64,000 nt of DNA, from IMG/VR virus record IMGVR_UViG_3300022561_001209. One strand, 5' to 3'. Positions 17,639-27,986 of this stretch are shown one piece after another (position 1 is the stretch's first letter; each line of letters opens with the position of its first letter). Under the pieces are notes generated by a model, which was given only the letters and a program-made list of their open reading frames with translations, was not told where the DNA came from and searched no databases. Made by a program: the position numbers and the translations under genes. Source of the DNA: a virus (Duplodnaviria; Heunggongvirae; Uroviricota; Caudoviricetes).

Positions 17639-19385
17639 AAATTATTCTGTCAAGGTCATCTCCAGTTAATGTTTCTTTTTCAAGAAGTTCTTTTGCTATT
17701 ATTTTAAGTTTATCTATATTCTTAGTCATTAACTCCAGTGTTTCATTATACAATTTATTTGACAACTCCACAGCTTCGTCAATATAAGTTTCTTTCTTTA
17801 CATCTGCAATTATCAGCATCCCATACTTTTTACTCATCCCATAAATATTAAATAAGTTATCTATATCTTGAGTAGCTTTCTTTATATCTTGAGATGCACC
17901 AGTAGTTATAAGGTCTTCGTCTCCTCTTAATAAGAATTCTCCAACTCTTCCTGCATAACTTACTTTTATGTCGTTCATTATATCTCTCTTCGTAAATAAT
18001 CCCATTTTTTTAGGAATATTAAACGTTACACCGCCTGCACCACTTGTTGATGGTATTATAGTTACCTTATGAACGTCATTTTCTGTAAGTAATTTAGCCG
18101 TCAATGCGTGAGCTGCTTCATGGTAAGCTACTAACTCAAGGTCATCTTTATTTACTTCTTTTCTATTTTTCTTCTTATCTCCTTGCATTAACATTCTGAA
18201 ATAAGCATCGTCAATTTCTTCTTTACCTACTATTTTCTTATCTCTATTAACTGTTAATATTGTAGCTTCGTTTAGCAATGTTTCAATGTCTGCCCCACTA
18301 AATCCTATTGTTATTTTAGCTAACTCTTCTAAAGATATCTCAGAAGATAATCTCTTATTCTTAACGTAAATATCTATTAACTCTTTTCTATCTTCTAAAT
18401 CAGGTAATCCTATAGCAATCTTTCTATCAAATCTTCCAGACCTTGTTAACGCTGGGTCTAAACTATCTAATCTATTTGTAGCTGCTATTACTATTATCCC
18501 TGTATTATTTTTGAAACCATCCATAGCATCAAGTAATGCGTTTATTGTTTGGTCTTTTTCTGAGTTGTTACTTGTACCCCTTATACTTCCGATAGCATCT
18601 ATTTCATCTATAAATACTATACAAGGTGCGTTCTTCTTAGCTTTTTCGAATAATGTTCTTACTCTTCTTGCTCCCACACCTACGTACATTTCTATAAAGT
18701 CTGAACCACTTGCACTAAAGAATGGTACTCCTGCTTCTCCTGCTATTGCCTTAGCTGTAAGTGTTTTTCCAGTTCCTGGAGGTCCATAAAACAAAATCCC
18801 CTTAGTTATTCTTGCTCCCATATCACCATATTTCTTAGGTTGTTTTAAGAATTTTACTAGAAATTCAACATCTTCTTTTGACTCTCTGTTTCCTGCTATG
18901 TCTTTAAATTTTATGTCAGGAATATCTGTCTTATTTTCCTTCTGCTCTGTAATAGCTGCTGAAGGTGTTATTTTCTTAAAAAGTACCGAAAATAATATCA
19001 GCATTATTGCTAATTGTCCTACCATCAATATTATACTTAAGAATGATGATTGTACATTATCTGTTACTTCTTCTACCGATGCATTATTATCCAGTAAATA
19101 TTTTTTAAATCCCTCTACTCTAGGATTATCTGTATAAAATGTATTTCCATCTTTATCTAAATATGTGAATGTACTGCTACTGAAATTTATATATACTCTG
19201 TCTATTTTATTAGATTCAAGTTGTTTCGTAAATTCAGCATATTGTACTCTATCCGTATTATTTATACTTGTGCTGTTATTTTTCCCCGAGCCATCTGCTA
19301 CATATGCTAAAAACATAATTATTATTATTATTATAACATATGTAACTTCTTTACTAGGTTTAAATTTATCCCAACTACTTTTCAA
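17571..19385 (-). CDS. ftsH: FtsH-family membrane-anchored ATP-dependent zinc metalloprotease
   Basis: two TM helices flank an extracytoplasmic domain. Walker A GPPGTGKT, Walker B IVFIDEIDA, SRH TNRLDSLDPALTRSGRFDR, HEAAH zinc site. Confidence 0.9.
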   Translation of the reverse strand: MKSSWDKFKPSKEVTYVIIIIIIMFLAYVADGSGKNNSTSINNTDRVQYAEFTKQLESNKIDRVYINFSSSTFTYLDKDGNTFYTDNPRVEGFKKYLLDNNASVEEVTDNVQSSFLSIILMVGQLAIMLILFSVLFKKITPSAAITEQKENKTDIPDIKFKDIAGNRESKEDVEFLVKFLKQPKKYGDMGARITKGILFYGPPGTGKTLTAKAIAGEAGVPFFSASGSDFIEMYVGVGARRVRTLFEKAKKNAPCIVFIDEIDAIGSIRGTSNNSEKDQTINALLDAMDGFKNNTGIIVIAATNRLDSLDPALTRSGRFDRKIAIGLPDLEDRKELIDIYVKNKRLSSEISLEELAKITIGFSGADIETLLNEATILTVNRDKKIVGKEEIDDAYFRMLMQGDKKKNRKEVNKDDLELVAYHEAAHALTAKLLTENDVHKVTIIPSTSGAGGVTFNIPKKMGLFTKRDIMNDIKVSYAGRVGEFLLRGDEDLITTGASQDIKKATQDIDNLFNIYGMSKKYGMLIIADVKKETYIDEAVELSNKLYNETLELMTKNIDKLKIIAKELLEKETLTGDDLDRIIYEDNKLLASPEVCNETKVEKAV

Positions 19386-19417
19386 CCCCTACTACCTCCT
19401 TATTTATTTATTCATAG

Positions 19418-20161
19418 TTAAAACTCAAAATCTATTGTAACACTTGCATTTATTTCTATTTCGCCTGTATTTATAGGAGTTGTGGTTACTGATGAATTAT
19501 CTAATGCTTTAGCTTCTCTAAATATCATAGTATTATTTCTTTGACTAGTTTCAGTTATTTTAACAGGTGACATATTTGTTATTCCTGCACCCAATCCCAT
19601 AGCTTCTGCTTTTGACCTAGCATCTTTAACAGCTAACTCAAGTGCTTTATTGTATAATGACGATTCATCTTTCAATCCAAATCGTAAATTACTTACTGAA
19701 TTACTTCCATTTGATGCTACTTTATCTATTATATTACCGACCTTAGTTAAATCGTTTATAGTTACTTCAACCATGTTATTTACTATATAACCTGTTATTT
19801 TTCCTCCACCATTCTCAGACCAATTATAATTAGGACTGATATTAAAATTTAATGTTTTTATATCTTTTTCCTCTATACCTAAATTCTTAAGTTCATTAAT
19901 TACTGATGCCATATTTTTATTTGCTGTTCCTTGTGCTACACTTAACTCTTTATTTTCTGATATAACGCCTACTGTAATATATGCTATGTCAGGTTCTACT
20001 TCTATAGTTGATGTTCCGTTAGATGTTATTATACTAACATCCTTTTCTTCAACTACATTTTCTGAAGCATTTACTATGCTTGGATTATTTATTAATACTA
20101 CTGACATTACACCTACCATTAATAGTGCTGTCCCTACTATCGCTTTTATATTGTTTTTCAT
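19418..20161 (-). CDS. secreted SIMPL-domain (DUF541) protein
   Basis: signal peptide; ...KALELAVKDARSKAEAMGLGAGITNMSPVKITE is typical of SIMPL/26-kDa periplasmic immunogenic protein family. Confidence 0.7.
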   Translation of the reverse strand: MKNNIKAIVGTALLMVGVMSVVLINNPSIVNASENVVEEKDVSIITSNGTSTIEVEPDIAYITVGVISENKELSVAQGTANKNMASVINELKNLGIEEKDIKTLNFNISPNYNWSENGGGKITGYIVNNMVEVTINDLTKVGNIIDKVASNGSNSVSNLRFGLKDESSLYNKALELAVKDARSKAEAMGLGAGITNMSPVKITETSQRNNTMIFREAKALDNSSVTTTPINTGEIEINASVTIDFEF

Positions 20162-20179
20162 TTTATTTCCTCCGTTTAA

Positions 20180-21061
20180 TTAAATTAGATTGTTTACTTG
20201 CTTAAATAACTTCTCAAATTCTATACTGTCTAAGTAATTTAATTCACCTACTTCTAAAACTAAACTACCCTTAAATTCTATCTCTTTTAGTGTATCTATT
20301 ATAAATCTTAATTTTTCTCTTTCTTTATCTGTGTCAAAGCCACAGCCATGACCGTCTCTAAATCCTATTCCCCTACTATTTGCCAGGTGAACTATATTTA
20401 AATATTCTCTACTGTTTATAAGTATATCTTCTAAATCTAATTGTTCTTTATATTCATCTAATTTCCCTAATATTTTTGATGATGCCAATATATGACAAAT
20501 ATCTACTACAACACCTACTCTATTTGTTCTTAAGTATTTCCGTAAATTTTCACATATGTCTATATTACTTTGTACATAGCTATTAGCAAAATATATGTCT
20601 CCTTTATCACTACACATATTCATTAAGTTTTCTATATTAATTACTACATTTTTATATCTAATTAATAATACGTTTATCTCGTCTGCTATTTTATCCATTA
20701 GTTCCCACATCATTAATTGTTCATAATCTAATTCATGGTGTAATACTATATCAATATTCTTACCTCGATAATCAGCTATCTTTTGAGCTAAGTAACAAGT
20801 ATTATCCAATAAATCAAACCCACTCTTAGACATTGACCCCTCTAATGTACAAATTCTCTCTATTGGTGCATGTACCGAAACTATTTCCATCTTACTATTT
20901 TTTAATGTTATTAATTGAGTTTGTACCTGTCTTTTGTCATAAACATCTCCAACTACAAGGTGTAACTCTATATTTTTAGCACCTTTTCTTCTCTTATCCA
21001 GTAGGTTCTTTTCCTCTATTATACTTTTAGCTGTCAAGTACATTTTCAATACCCCTCCCAT
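20180..21061 (-). CDS. endonuclease IV (Nfo)-like / AP-endonuclease family-2 TIM-barrel protein
   Basis: motif series VSVHAP, IVLHHE, VVDICH, VHLANSRG...DGHGCG, LEVGE parallel the Nfo metal-binding motifs. Confidence 0.55.
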   Translation of the reverse strand: MGGVLKMYLTAKSIIEEKNLLDKRRKGAKNIELHLVVGDVYDKRQVQTQLITLKNSKMEIVSVHAPIERICTLEGSMSKSGFDLLDNTCYLAQKIADYRGKNIDIVLHHELDYEQLMMWELMDKIADEINVLLIRYKNVVINIENLMNMCSDKGDIYFANSYVQSNIDICENLRKYLRTNRVGVVVDICHILASSKILGKLDEYKEQLDLEDILINSREYLNIVHLANSRGIGFRDGHGCGFDTDKEREKLRFIIDTLKEIEFKGSLVLEVGELNYLDSIEFEKLFKQVNNLI

Positions 21062-21097
21062 TTGTTCTGACTATTTTCCATTTTTCTCTATCTAGTT

Positions 21098-21520
21098 TTA
21101 TTCTTCTGCAAACATTGGCACTATAGCAGGTATTACCTCTATTCCCTGTTCTACGTAACAATGAAATCTGTGCCAACCATCGAATATTACTTCATCAGTT
21201 CTTATATCTGTATCCAATATAATAGCCCACACTTCAATATGCCCTGGAATGTCTCCACCTTCTAAATACCATTGATGATATGCTTTGAAATCCTTATGTC
21301 TAAAGTCAACATGATTTTCTATTGCCTTTTCTAATTCTATTCTTGGTATTTCTACGTATCCAAATATTGTATCATCATAAATCTCCACCTCATATTCTTC
21401 TATGAAATATACCTCTATTGACTTTTTAGCTTGTTCAGGTAAGTCTTTAAATTTCATTTCTTTACCTTTATATTTATTATATAACTTACTTGCTGTGTCT
21501 TCCATACAACCCTCCATCAA
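21098..21520 (-). CDS. ParB/Srx-fold nuclease-like domain protein
   Basis: FDGWHRFHCYVEQGIEVIPAIV resembles the ParB-N GxHR...IP motif. Confidence 0.4.
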   Translation of the reverse strand: MMEGCMEDTASKLYNKYKGKEMKFKDLPEQAKKSIEVYFIEEYEVEIYDDTIFGYVEIPRIELEKAIENHVDFRHKDFKAYHQWYLEGGDIPGHIEVWAIILDTDIRTDEVIFDGWHRFHCYVEQGIEVIPAIVPMFAEE

Positions 21521-21553
21521 ATAAAAATACCATGTCTAAGTATTGACATGGTA
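21520..21553 (-). terminator. intrinsic terminator-like hairpin after the methyltransferase gene
   Basis: TACCATGTC-n8-GACATGGTA stem followed on the minus strand by TTTTTAT. Confidence 0.5.
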
Positions 21554-21568
21554 TTTATGCACCTTATT

Positions 21569-22744
21569 TTATAGTGAACCAGGCACGAAGTTAATCCATA
21601 AATACTCTTCTTTAAAATCCTTCTTCTCACCTTTTTCTGTTCTCTGACAAGATAGTGCGAAATCATCTAATTTTACTTTAGCATATGGTTTATCTTCCCC
21701 TACAACCCCTTTAGTTTCAGGTAAAAATCTTGTTGCATTATCCAAAGGATTATAAATCTCATGGTTATATCCAGACAATATGTATTTACCTTGTATCTTC
21801 TGTAATTGGTCTACTAGTTTAACGTGCATACCATCTGCAAACTCGTACATATAAGCTTCTCTAGCTGATTCTCCTCTAGTATCATGTATATATGGAGGGT
21901 CAATATAAAACAATGTATCAGGACTATCATATTTCTCGATTACATATTCATAACTCATGTTCTCTATCGTTATGCTTCTGAATCTCTCAATTACTCTTGG
22001 CAATCCATCTTCAATTCCGTTTAGCCACCTTTTCATTGCTGGACTCAATGTTCCACTTTTTACTGATTTATCACTTTTCCAAGATTCCAAACCTGCTGAG
22101 AATGACTGTTGACATAATATGTAAAACATTCTTGCTGTTTCAATTTGTACTCTATCTTTTTCACCTGTAAGTTCATTTAATTTAACATCATAATCTTGTC
22201 TTACTTCGCCTGACTTACTCTTCTCCAGTTTTTCTTTAAGTTCTAACTCTTTCTTATCTAATTTCTCGATTGCCTTATGGTAATCCTCAGCTACTGTTTT
22301 ACCACTATCTAAGTCTTCTTTTAACTTATTTTTCTTATCTGAAATTTGAGTTATCTCAATCATAAATTTACCATCATCTATGAATTTATCGTTGTACTCA
22401 TTCTGCAACTTGATAATTTCATCATCTATTGCCGTTATTCCTTTATCCCAGTTTAACTTAGCATAGTTAAATTCATCTCTTCCATAAAGTGTTAATTGTA
22501 GTTGTTCTAGTAATTCTTTTGAACGTTTAGCATCTCTCAATACTGAGAACAAAGATACTAGTCCTTTATTAATATCATTGTAAACTTCTAATTTATCTCT
22601 TTTCTTGTTTAATATTACGTGTGCCCCACCACCAAATACTTCCACGTAATTAGTATATCTTGTTGACTCTATCAGACCTATGATTTGCTTAGCCATTTTA
22701 GCTTTTCCACCATACCACCCGATTGCACTTATTTGACTTGCCAT
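21569..22744 (-). CDS. dam: DNA N6-adenine methyltransferase (Dam family) with large internal coiled-coil insertion
   Basis: N-terminal AdoMet motif WYGGKAKMAKQI and catalytic DPPY (LFYIDPPYIHD). Confidence 0.85.
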   Translation of the reverse strand: MASQISAIGWYGGKAKMAKQIIGLIESTRYTNYVEVFGGGAHVILNKKRDKLEVYNDINKGLVSLFSVLRDAKRSKELLEQLQLTLYGRDEFNYAKLNWDKGITAIDDEIIKLQNEYNDKFIDDGKFMIEITQISDKKNKLKEDLDSGKTVAEDYHKAIEKLDKKELELKEKLEKSKSGEVRQDYDVKLNELTGEKDRVQIETARMFYILCQQSFSAGLESWKSDKSVKSGTLSPAMKRWLNGIEDGLPRVIERFRSITIENMSYEYVIEKYDSPDTLFYIDPPYIHDTRGESAREAYMYEFADGMHVKLVDQLQKIQGKYILSGYNHEIYNPLDNATRFLPETKGVVGEDKPYAKVKLDDFALSCQRTEKGEKKDFKEEYLWINFVPGSL

Positions 22745-22745
22745 A

Positions 22746-24332
22746 TTATTCTGCTACCTCCACGTATTTTATCTCTGAGTTTTCTCTAAAAGTATTAAAT
22801 CCATTTTCGAACACTTGATATTTCTTATAGTTTTTAATTGTATTAATTATAGAATCTTTTAACTTTTCATATGTATCGTTCTTATCTGTTACCATACCCA
22901 ATATTAAATTATCTGTTGTATCACTTGATTTAATTATTATATCTCCAATATTTGATGTAGCTACATCTGCTCCGAACAAAGAGTCATATTTAGTAATCCC
23001 TGTTTGTTCTGATACACTCCCACTATTATCTTCAAATAACTTCAATAATATATTTATATCTTTTGTTTCAGCTAATTTCTTTCTGAATGTATCAGCCTCA
23101 TCTGTCTTATTAAGTATTGCATACTTAATATTTATACTTGATATTTCATCTTTTGAATTATTGAAATATGTCTGAGCTTCTTCTTCAGTTACTACTAAAT
23201 CATTACTTATTTTTTCTACAATCTTATCTCTAAGTAAGTTTGTTACCATATTATCCTTGAATCCTTCTATAGTTGTTCCACCTTCGTAAATCGTTCTCTC
23301 AAACTCTTTATTACTGGAATAACTTTCTATCAGATTTTTTAATGTTTCTTCTACTTCTTTATCTTCTAACTTAACCCCTAAACTCTCTCCATATTGTTTT
23401 AGTAATACACTATCTATCATACTATTTAAATAATTGTATCTGTGTATTTTATTGTATTCCTGTAAATCTGCTTCTGATATTTTTATACCATTAACAGTAG
23501 CTACAGAAATAACTTTCAATTCTTCTAATGTTGAAGGGTCTTTTTCTGTATTTTCAATTTTATTTATTGATTCCCACAATGTTTTAGGTGTTACACCAGT
23601 TTTATATGATGCGTAAATTAATATCCCTACTATACTCAGTATTATTACTGAAATTATTATCTTTTTCTTTGTTTTAGACTCTTTTATTTTAGAATCCAAA
23701 TCTATTATGTCAAAATCCTCATTCTTATACTTACTTTTTAATTCTTCATCTGTATCAGGTCTCATTAAATCTTTAAGTTCTTCAGCAATTACTGAAGAAC
23801 TAGGATTAATTTGTATTACTGCTTTAGATTCACTCCCCTTGTCGACGTTTGTTGTCATTTTATCAAAAGGTTTTTCATAAATATCAGAATTTGATATATC
23901 TGATGGTCGGCCACTACCATCATCCGGAATTTCTTCAAAACTTTTAGTTTTGTCTTCTTCAGTTGTATCTACCCAACATCCCTCATTGTATACGTTAATC
24001 ATTGGGTCTTCTGAACTCATTTCTGAATCCTCCTGTTTTAACTCTACAACTACATTTGTTTCATAAACATTTCCATTTTCTGACGATTCTTCAGTTTCGT
24101 TATCCAATATCTCTGAATGTGTTTCCTCTTCAATTTCCATTTCTTCCTGTCCTTCAGATTGCTTTATTTCAAGACCATCCCTGCGAGTGGAACTGCCTAA
24201 GAAATCATCACTAACTTGCTCTGAATTTAAGTCTTCCCGTACTTCTTCTATTTTATCAGTATTTTCTGTTATTACCTTTTCATCTGTATCAATATTATTA
24301 AACTGTTTATTATTTCTTTTACGTTTAGACAC
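22746..24332 (-). CDS. membrane-anchored protein: long acidic disordered N-terminus, one TM, extracytoplasmic PrsA/SurA-N-like chaperone domain
   Basis: D/E/S-rich first 210 aa; TM IIISVIILSIVGILIYASY; VISVATVNGIKISEADLQEY resembles SurA_N/PrsA N-domain; no parvulin motif seen. Confidence 0.4.
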   Translation of the reverse strand: MSKRKRNNKQFNNIDTDEKVITENTDKIEEVREDLNSEQVSDDFLGSSTRRDGLEIKQSEGQEEMEIEEETHSEILDNETEESSENGNVYETNVVVELKQEDSEMSSEDPMINVYNEGCWVDTTEEDKTKSFEEIPDDGSGRPSDISNSDIYEKPFDKMTTNVDKGSESKAVIQINPSSSVIAEELKDLMRPDTDEELKSKYKNEDFDIIDLDSKIKESKTKKKIIISVIILSIVGILIYASYKTGVTPKTLWESINKIENTEKDPSTLEELKVISVATVNGIKISEADLQEYNKIHRYNYLNSMIDSVLLKQYGESLGVKLEDKEVEETLKNLIESYSSNKEFERTIYEGGTTIEGFKDNMVTNLLRDKIVEKISNDLVVTEEEAQTYFNNSKDEISSINIKYAILNKTDEADTFRKKLAETKDINILLKLFEDNSGSVSEQTGITKYDSLFGADVATSNIGDIIIKSSDTTDNLILGMVTDKNDTYEKLKDSIINTIKNYKKYQVFENGFNTFRENSEIKYVEVAE

Positions 24333-24356
24333 TTCACTACCTCCGTAATCCGTAAA

Positions 24357-25058
24357 TTAGACACCTAACTCTATTTGTTGATTTCTTTTTTCTCTGTCAA
24401 GTTTAGTTCTATATTCATCTAGTTTTAAACCAATTTCATCTGAATCTTTCTTAAAGTAATATCTAATTATTTCAGGATTATCTGATATCTCTAATACGTG
24501 ATTTACTACAAATATTTGGAAGTCATCATTTTTTGCCATAGCTGATAACACATCACTTAGTTTGCTTGCTGTTGTTCCAGAAGCACCGCTCAAATACTCA
24601 TCAAGTGCTATAAATTTAGAACATTTAGCTAATTTAAGTATAGTTACTACAAATATAAGCGATGAAGATTGTTTTACTGCTGTTCCTATTTTTCTAGGTT
24701 TACCTGTATCATTACTTATAAATTCTATGTTAGTAACTTTACTTGAACCTCTATCATCATCTTCTATCGTAAGTGTGTATGCATTTTTTTGTAATATTGC
24801 GTTTATTCCTGAGTTAATTGCACCCTTAATATGTTGTTTAACACCATTATTACGTTTATCTGTAATTCTTTTTACAACTTCTCCTGCTTTTCTAAATCTT
24901 TCTAATGAATCTTCGCCTTCTTTATATTTGTCCTCTAAGTTTTTAATAGATTTTTTAGTATCATTTCTTACCATAGAGTATAAATCTACTACTTTGTCAA
25001 ATTTAGCTACGTTATTCATTAACTCTTGATATTCTAAATCCAATGAGTTTGTTTCCAA
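24357..25058 (-). CDS. C-terminal half of an SMC/Rad50/SbcC-type ABC ATPase (coiled-coil + signature-like + Walker B + D-loop + H-loop)
   Basis: about 110 aa coiled-coil, then SSSLIFVVTILKLA, FIALDE (Walker B) and QIFVVNHV (H-loop); no Walker A. Confidence 0.55.
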   Translation of the reverse strand: METNSLDLEYQELMNNVAKFDKVVDLYSMVRNDTKKSIKNLEDKYKEGEDSLERFRKAGEVVKRITDKRNNGVKQHIKGAINSGINAILQKNAYTLTIEDDDRGSSKVTNIEFISNDTGKPRKIGTAVKQSSSLIFVVTILKLAKCSKFIALDEYLSGASGTTASKLSDVLSAMAKNDDFQIFVVNHVLEISDNPEIIRYYFKKDSDEIGLKLDEYRTKLDREKRNQQIELGV

Positions 25059-25086
25059 TTTAGTATTCCTCCCTATTTTGAGGTTT

Positions 25087-25148
25087 AAATAGTGCCAAAA
25101 ATAACCTTGAAACTTTCAATATATTTTTATACATTTTTGACACTATTT
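25087..25148. repeat. 16-bp inverted repeat AAATAGTGCCAAAAAT / ATTTTTGACACTATTT separated by 30 nt
   Basis: arms at 25087-25102 and 25133-25148 with 15/16 complementarity; lies between the clamp-like gene and the ABC C-half gene. Confidence 0.5.
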
Positions 25149-25184
25149 TAAGTCCTTTTAAAATTTTTTTACTTTATCTGTAAA

Positions 25185-26282
25185 TTACTCTATATTCAAT
25201 GTCATGTAACCTACTGCCCTACCTTGAGTATCATGTATTTTCATCAATAGTTCTTCAGGGTCAATTTCAATCAATATTTCTTTAGTTCTCATTGTTCCAC
25301 AAATTTGTGTAAATTTATCAACTAGCAAAACTAATGTTCCAGGAACTTTTCCAACTTCTTCTGTTATTGGTAAAGAGTCCTTTGCTTTTTCTCCGTTATC
25401 TCCAAAGCCTGACATTGATAATTTACCATCTCCTATTATACAAACAATTTCTTCTTCGTCTGTAGCTAATTTAGTTCTAGCTAATGAGTTTATAAAATCT
25501 AGTCTATTTACTTTAAATGAGTAATCTATATTAAATTTATCTGCCCAACTAATATCTACTTGTTCTGAATCATGTACTCTGTAAACTAAAATGTCTTTTT
25601 CAGTTCTAATTAATACTTGTTGAGTGTCTTCAAAGAATTTAATCTTTGCCACTTCTGATTCAGATGCTCTCAATATAGTTTGAATTTGTTTAGCTGATTT
25701 ATAATCTATAACATAAGGGTTCTTAGAACCTATTGTCACTTTAGCTAAAATCTGACCTTCAAACAAATATGCGAATTCTTTATTCAAATATATAGTTTGT
25801 GCTGAATAATCTGCTGAATCTGTTCTAGCTAATGGTGTTAAACTTTCTAATATGAATGCTAATTCTTTAGCGTTTAATTCATCTTCAAAATCTTTAAATT
25901 CTACATATTCAAAGTTGATAAAATCATTTTCGAAAGGTTTCTGCATTGTTTTGAATGAGTAATCTCCATCAGTAATTTCTACCTCTTGATTGCCTTCTTC
26001 ATAAACAAATCCAATATTATCATCAGCAGATATATGTTTAATAAGGTCTCTAATTTTGTCTGAACCTAAAGACAATACACTTCCATCGCTAATATCACTT
26101 ACTACATAAGGTACTTGAGCTAGTAATGTTAATCTTCCGTCTGAACCTGCTATATCTACTATTCCTTTTTCAGGTCTTGGAAATAATTTAAAACCTCTTA
26201 AGTGTTCAATTACACTTCCTTCTCCTACTACTCCGTTTGCTTTCTTAATTCCCTCTATTAAATCTTTTCCTTTAATTATCAT
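25185..26282 (-). CDS. DNA polymerase sliding clamp (DnaN-like) candidate
   Basis: 365 aa, the size of a bacterial beta clamp. N-terminus DLIEGIKKANGVV...EHLRGFKLFP...GSDGRLTL parallels the beta-clamp domain I pattern. Similarity is weak. Confidence 0.4.
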   Translation of the reverse strand: MIIKGKDLIEGIKKANGVVGEGSVIEHLRGFKLFPRPEKGIVDIAGSDGRLTLLAQVPYVVSDISDGSVLSLGSDKIRDLIKHISADDNIGFVYEEGNQEVEITDGDYSFKTMQKPFENDFINFEYVEFKDFEDELNAKELAFILESLTPLARTDSADYSAQTIYLNKEFAYLFEGQILAKVTIGSKNPYVIDYKSAKQIQTILRASESEVAKIKFFEDTQQVLIRTEKDILVYRVHDSEQVDISWADKFNIDYSFKVNRLDFINSLARTKLATDEEEIVCIIGDGKLSMSGFGDNGEKAKDSLPITEEVGKVPGTLVLLVDKFTQICGTMRTKEILIEIDPEELLMKIHDTQGRAVGYMTLNIE

Positions 26283-26286
26283 CTTT

Positions 26287-27174
26287 CTATTTTCTCCTAT
26301 TTTTTAGTTTATTGAATTGTTTTTCTAATACTTTTAACTTAGTTTTTAGTTTGTTTCCTAAAAGTTCTTCTTTTGCACGTTCTATACTTCCTAACCATTT
26401 ATTAATTTCTTCTTCTTCGTTTAATTCTTTTCCTGCTGCGTTATCTCTTATAAATTCCATGTAGCTATCTTTATTATTTTCAAAATGGTTTATAGTAGTG
26501 AATGTAAATTGCAAACTCTCTGCTTCTTTTAAATTTAATTCATTCAATGTAAATTTTCTTCTGTTATACATAAGTTCTTCTATCTCTTTGTTCATAGCAT
26601 CTACCATTATCATTTCTTTTTCTTCCTTAATTAGTAAATACTTAATATTAGTCATTATGTATATCTTCTTAGCAAATTCATTTATAGTTGTGAATATTTT
26701 TCTATCTTCAACTAAATCAATTTCTCTTTCACTATTTCCGATTATAGATAACATCAATGTTTCTATGTTACTATTTCCACCTATAGTCATAATCATATTG
26801 CCAATGTCTATCTTTTCTATGAATGTTGTTTTCTTCCTAAATAGTTTACTTCTTCTCTTTGCAATATAATTTAATTTATCATCGAATATTTTCACTATCT
26901 TAGTTATATACAAAGTAACTAATGCTCCAATTATATCAGAATGATGCTTATTTGCTGCTATAACTATTTCTGTAGACTGCATTGTATTTTCTAATTTGTC
27001 TAAATCCATATATTTACATAAATCTATAAACTCTATAGAGTTCATATTACATTTTTGTTTTTCTCCTATCTCTGATAAATGTTTATAATCGAATGTCATG
27101 TATTCTTCTATTTCTTTTAAATCTAATCCTATGCATTCTTTCATAAAGTCATAGATATCTATTTCAACACTCAT
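26287..27174 (-). CDS. hypothetical protein
   Basis: ORF 295 aa, no P-loop. Confidence 0.4.
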   Translation of the reverse strand: MSVEIDIYDFMKECIGLDLKEIEEYMTFDYKHLSEIGEKQKCNMNSIEFIDLCKYMDLDKLENTMQSTEIVIAANKHHSDIIGALVTLYITKIVKIFDDKLNYIAKRRSKLFRKKTTFIEKIDIGNMIMTIGGNSNIETLMLSIIGNSEREIDLVEDRKIFTTINEFAKKIYIMTNIKYLLIKEEKEMIMVDAMNKEIEELMYNRRKFTLNELNLKEAESLQFTFTTINHFENNKDSYMEFIRDNAAGKELNEEEEINKWLGSIERAKEELLGNKLKTKLKVLEKQFNKLKNRRK

Positions 27175-27198
27175 AAAATCTTTATCCCCCTGTAATTG

Positions 27199-27501
27199 TT
27201 AAAGTAAATCGTCTGATGTCTGTAACTGAACTGTTTCTGCCTTTTTAGTTATTTCATCATATTCTGCTAACTTTCTTTTTAATGATTCCATCTGTAATTT
27301 TACTCTACTTTCCAAATCATTCTTAATGTTAGCAATATCATCCTTTGATTTAAATTCATAACCCTTAGCTATTAGTTCTTTTAAAATTTTATCAGCTTCT
27401 TTTTTAGCTAGCTCTCTTTCTGCTTCGAGTTTAGGCTGTTTTCTAATAGCCTCATCCACCTTTGCTGATATTTCATTATATGTGTTTAGTATTTCTGACA
27501 T
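27199..27501 (-). CDS. hypothetical coiled-coil protein
   Basis: ORF 100 aa, K/E-rich heptads. Confidence 0.35.
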   Translation of the reverse strand: MSEILNTYNEISAKVDEAIRKQPKLEAERELAKKEADKILKELIAKGYEFKSKDDIANIKNDLESRVKLQMESLKRKLAEYDEITKKAETVQLQTSDDLL

Positions 27502-27607
27502 AATTTCCTCCTAGTTATCCTTAAATTTAATTTAATTTTTCATTCTTTATACTTATCACTATAAGCTTTTATTTTCAGTTTAAATTCTGTGCAATCACTT
27601 AGTTTTC

Positions 27608-27973
27608 TTAATAACCTACTTCGTTAAGTCTTGTCACTTCTTTGTGTATTTCACTCTCATCTGACATTAATATTTTCATTATTCTATTACCGTTAGCTGA
27701 GCATAAAACCATATAATTTAGTATTGTACATATTTCTTCTTTAGACAATATTCCATCATACCCGTCAAACTTAATTAATACCAGTTTTTCAGCTATATCC
27801 GATAGACCTAAACCATTATACCTATGTATCACTGTATTATAGTATTCGTCTAACCAATCTGCTTCTCCATATTTCATAAGTCCACCGTCTATATCTATCA
27901 TTGCACTAACATTTGATATTTCAGTTCCTTCTTCATTAAATATATAACCATCTATTACTTTCAAAGGTAACAT
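27608..27973 (-). CDS. hypothetical protein
   Basis: ORF 121 aa. Confidence 0.35.
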   Translation of the reverse strand: MLPLKVIDGYIFNEEGTEISNVSAMIDIDGGLMKYGEADWLDEYYNTVIHRYNGLGLSDIAEKLVLIKFDGYDGILSKEEICTILNYMVLCSANGNRIMKILMSDESEIHKEVTRLNEVGY

Positions 27974-27986
27974 ATCCTACCCCCTT

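Noticed and set aside
19318-19335. (ATT)6 trinucleotide run as a distinct repeat element
   Set aside because: It lies inside the ftsH N-terminal coding region and encodes an Ile run in the membrane anchor. It is ordinary low-complexity coding sequence.
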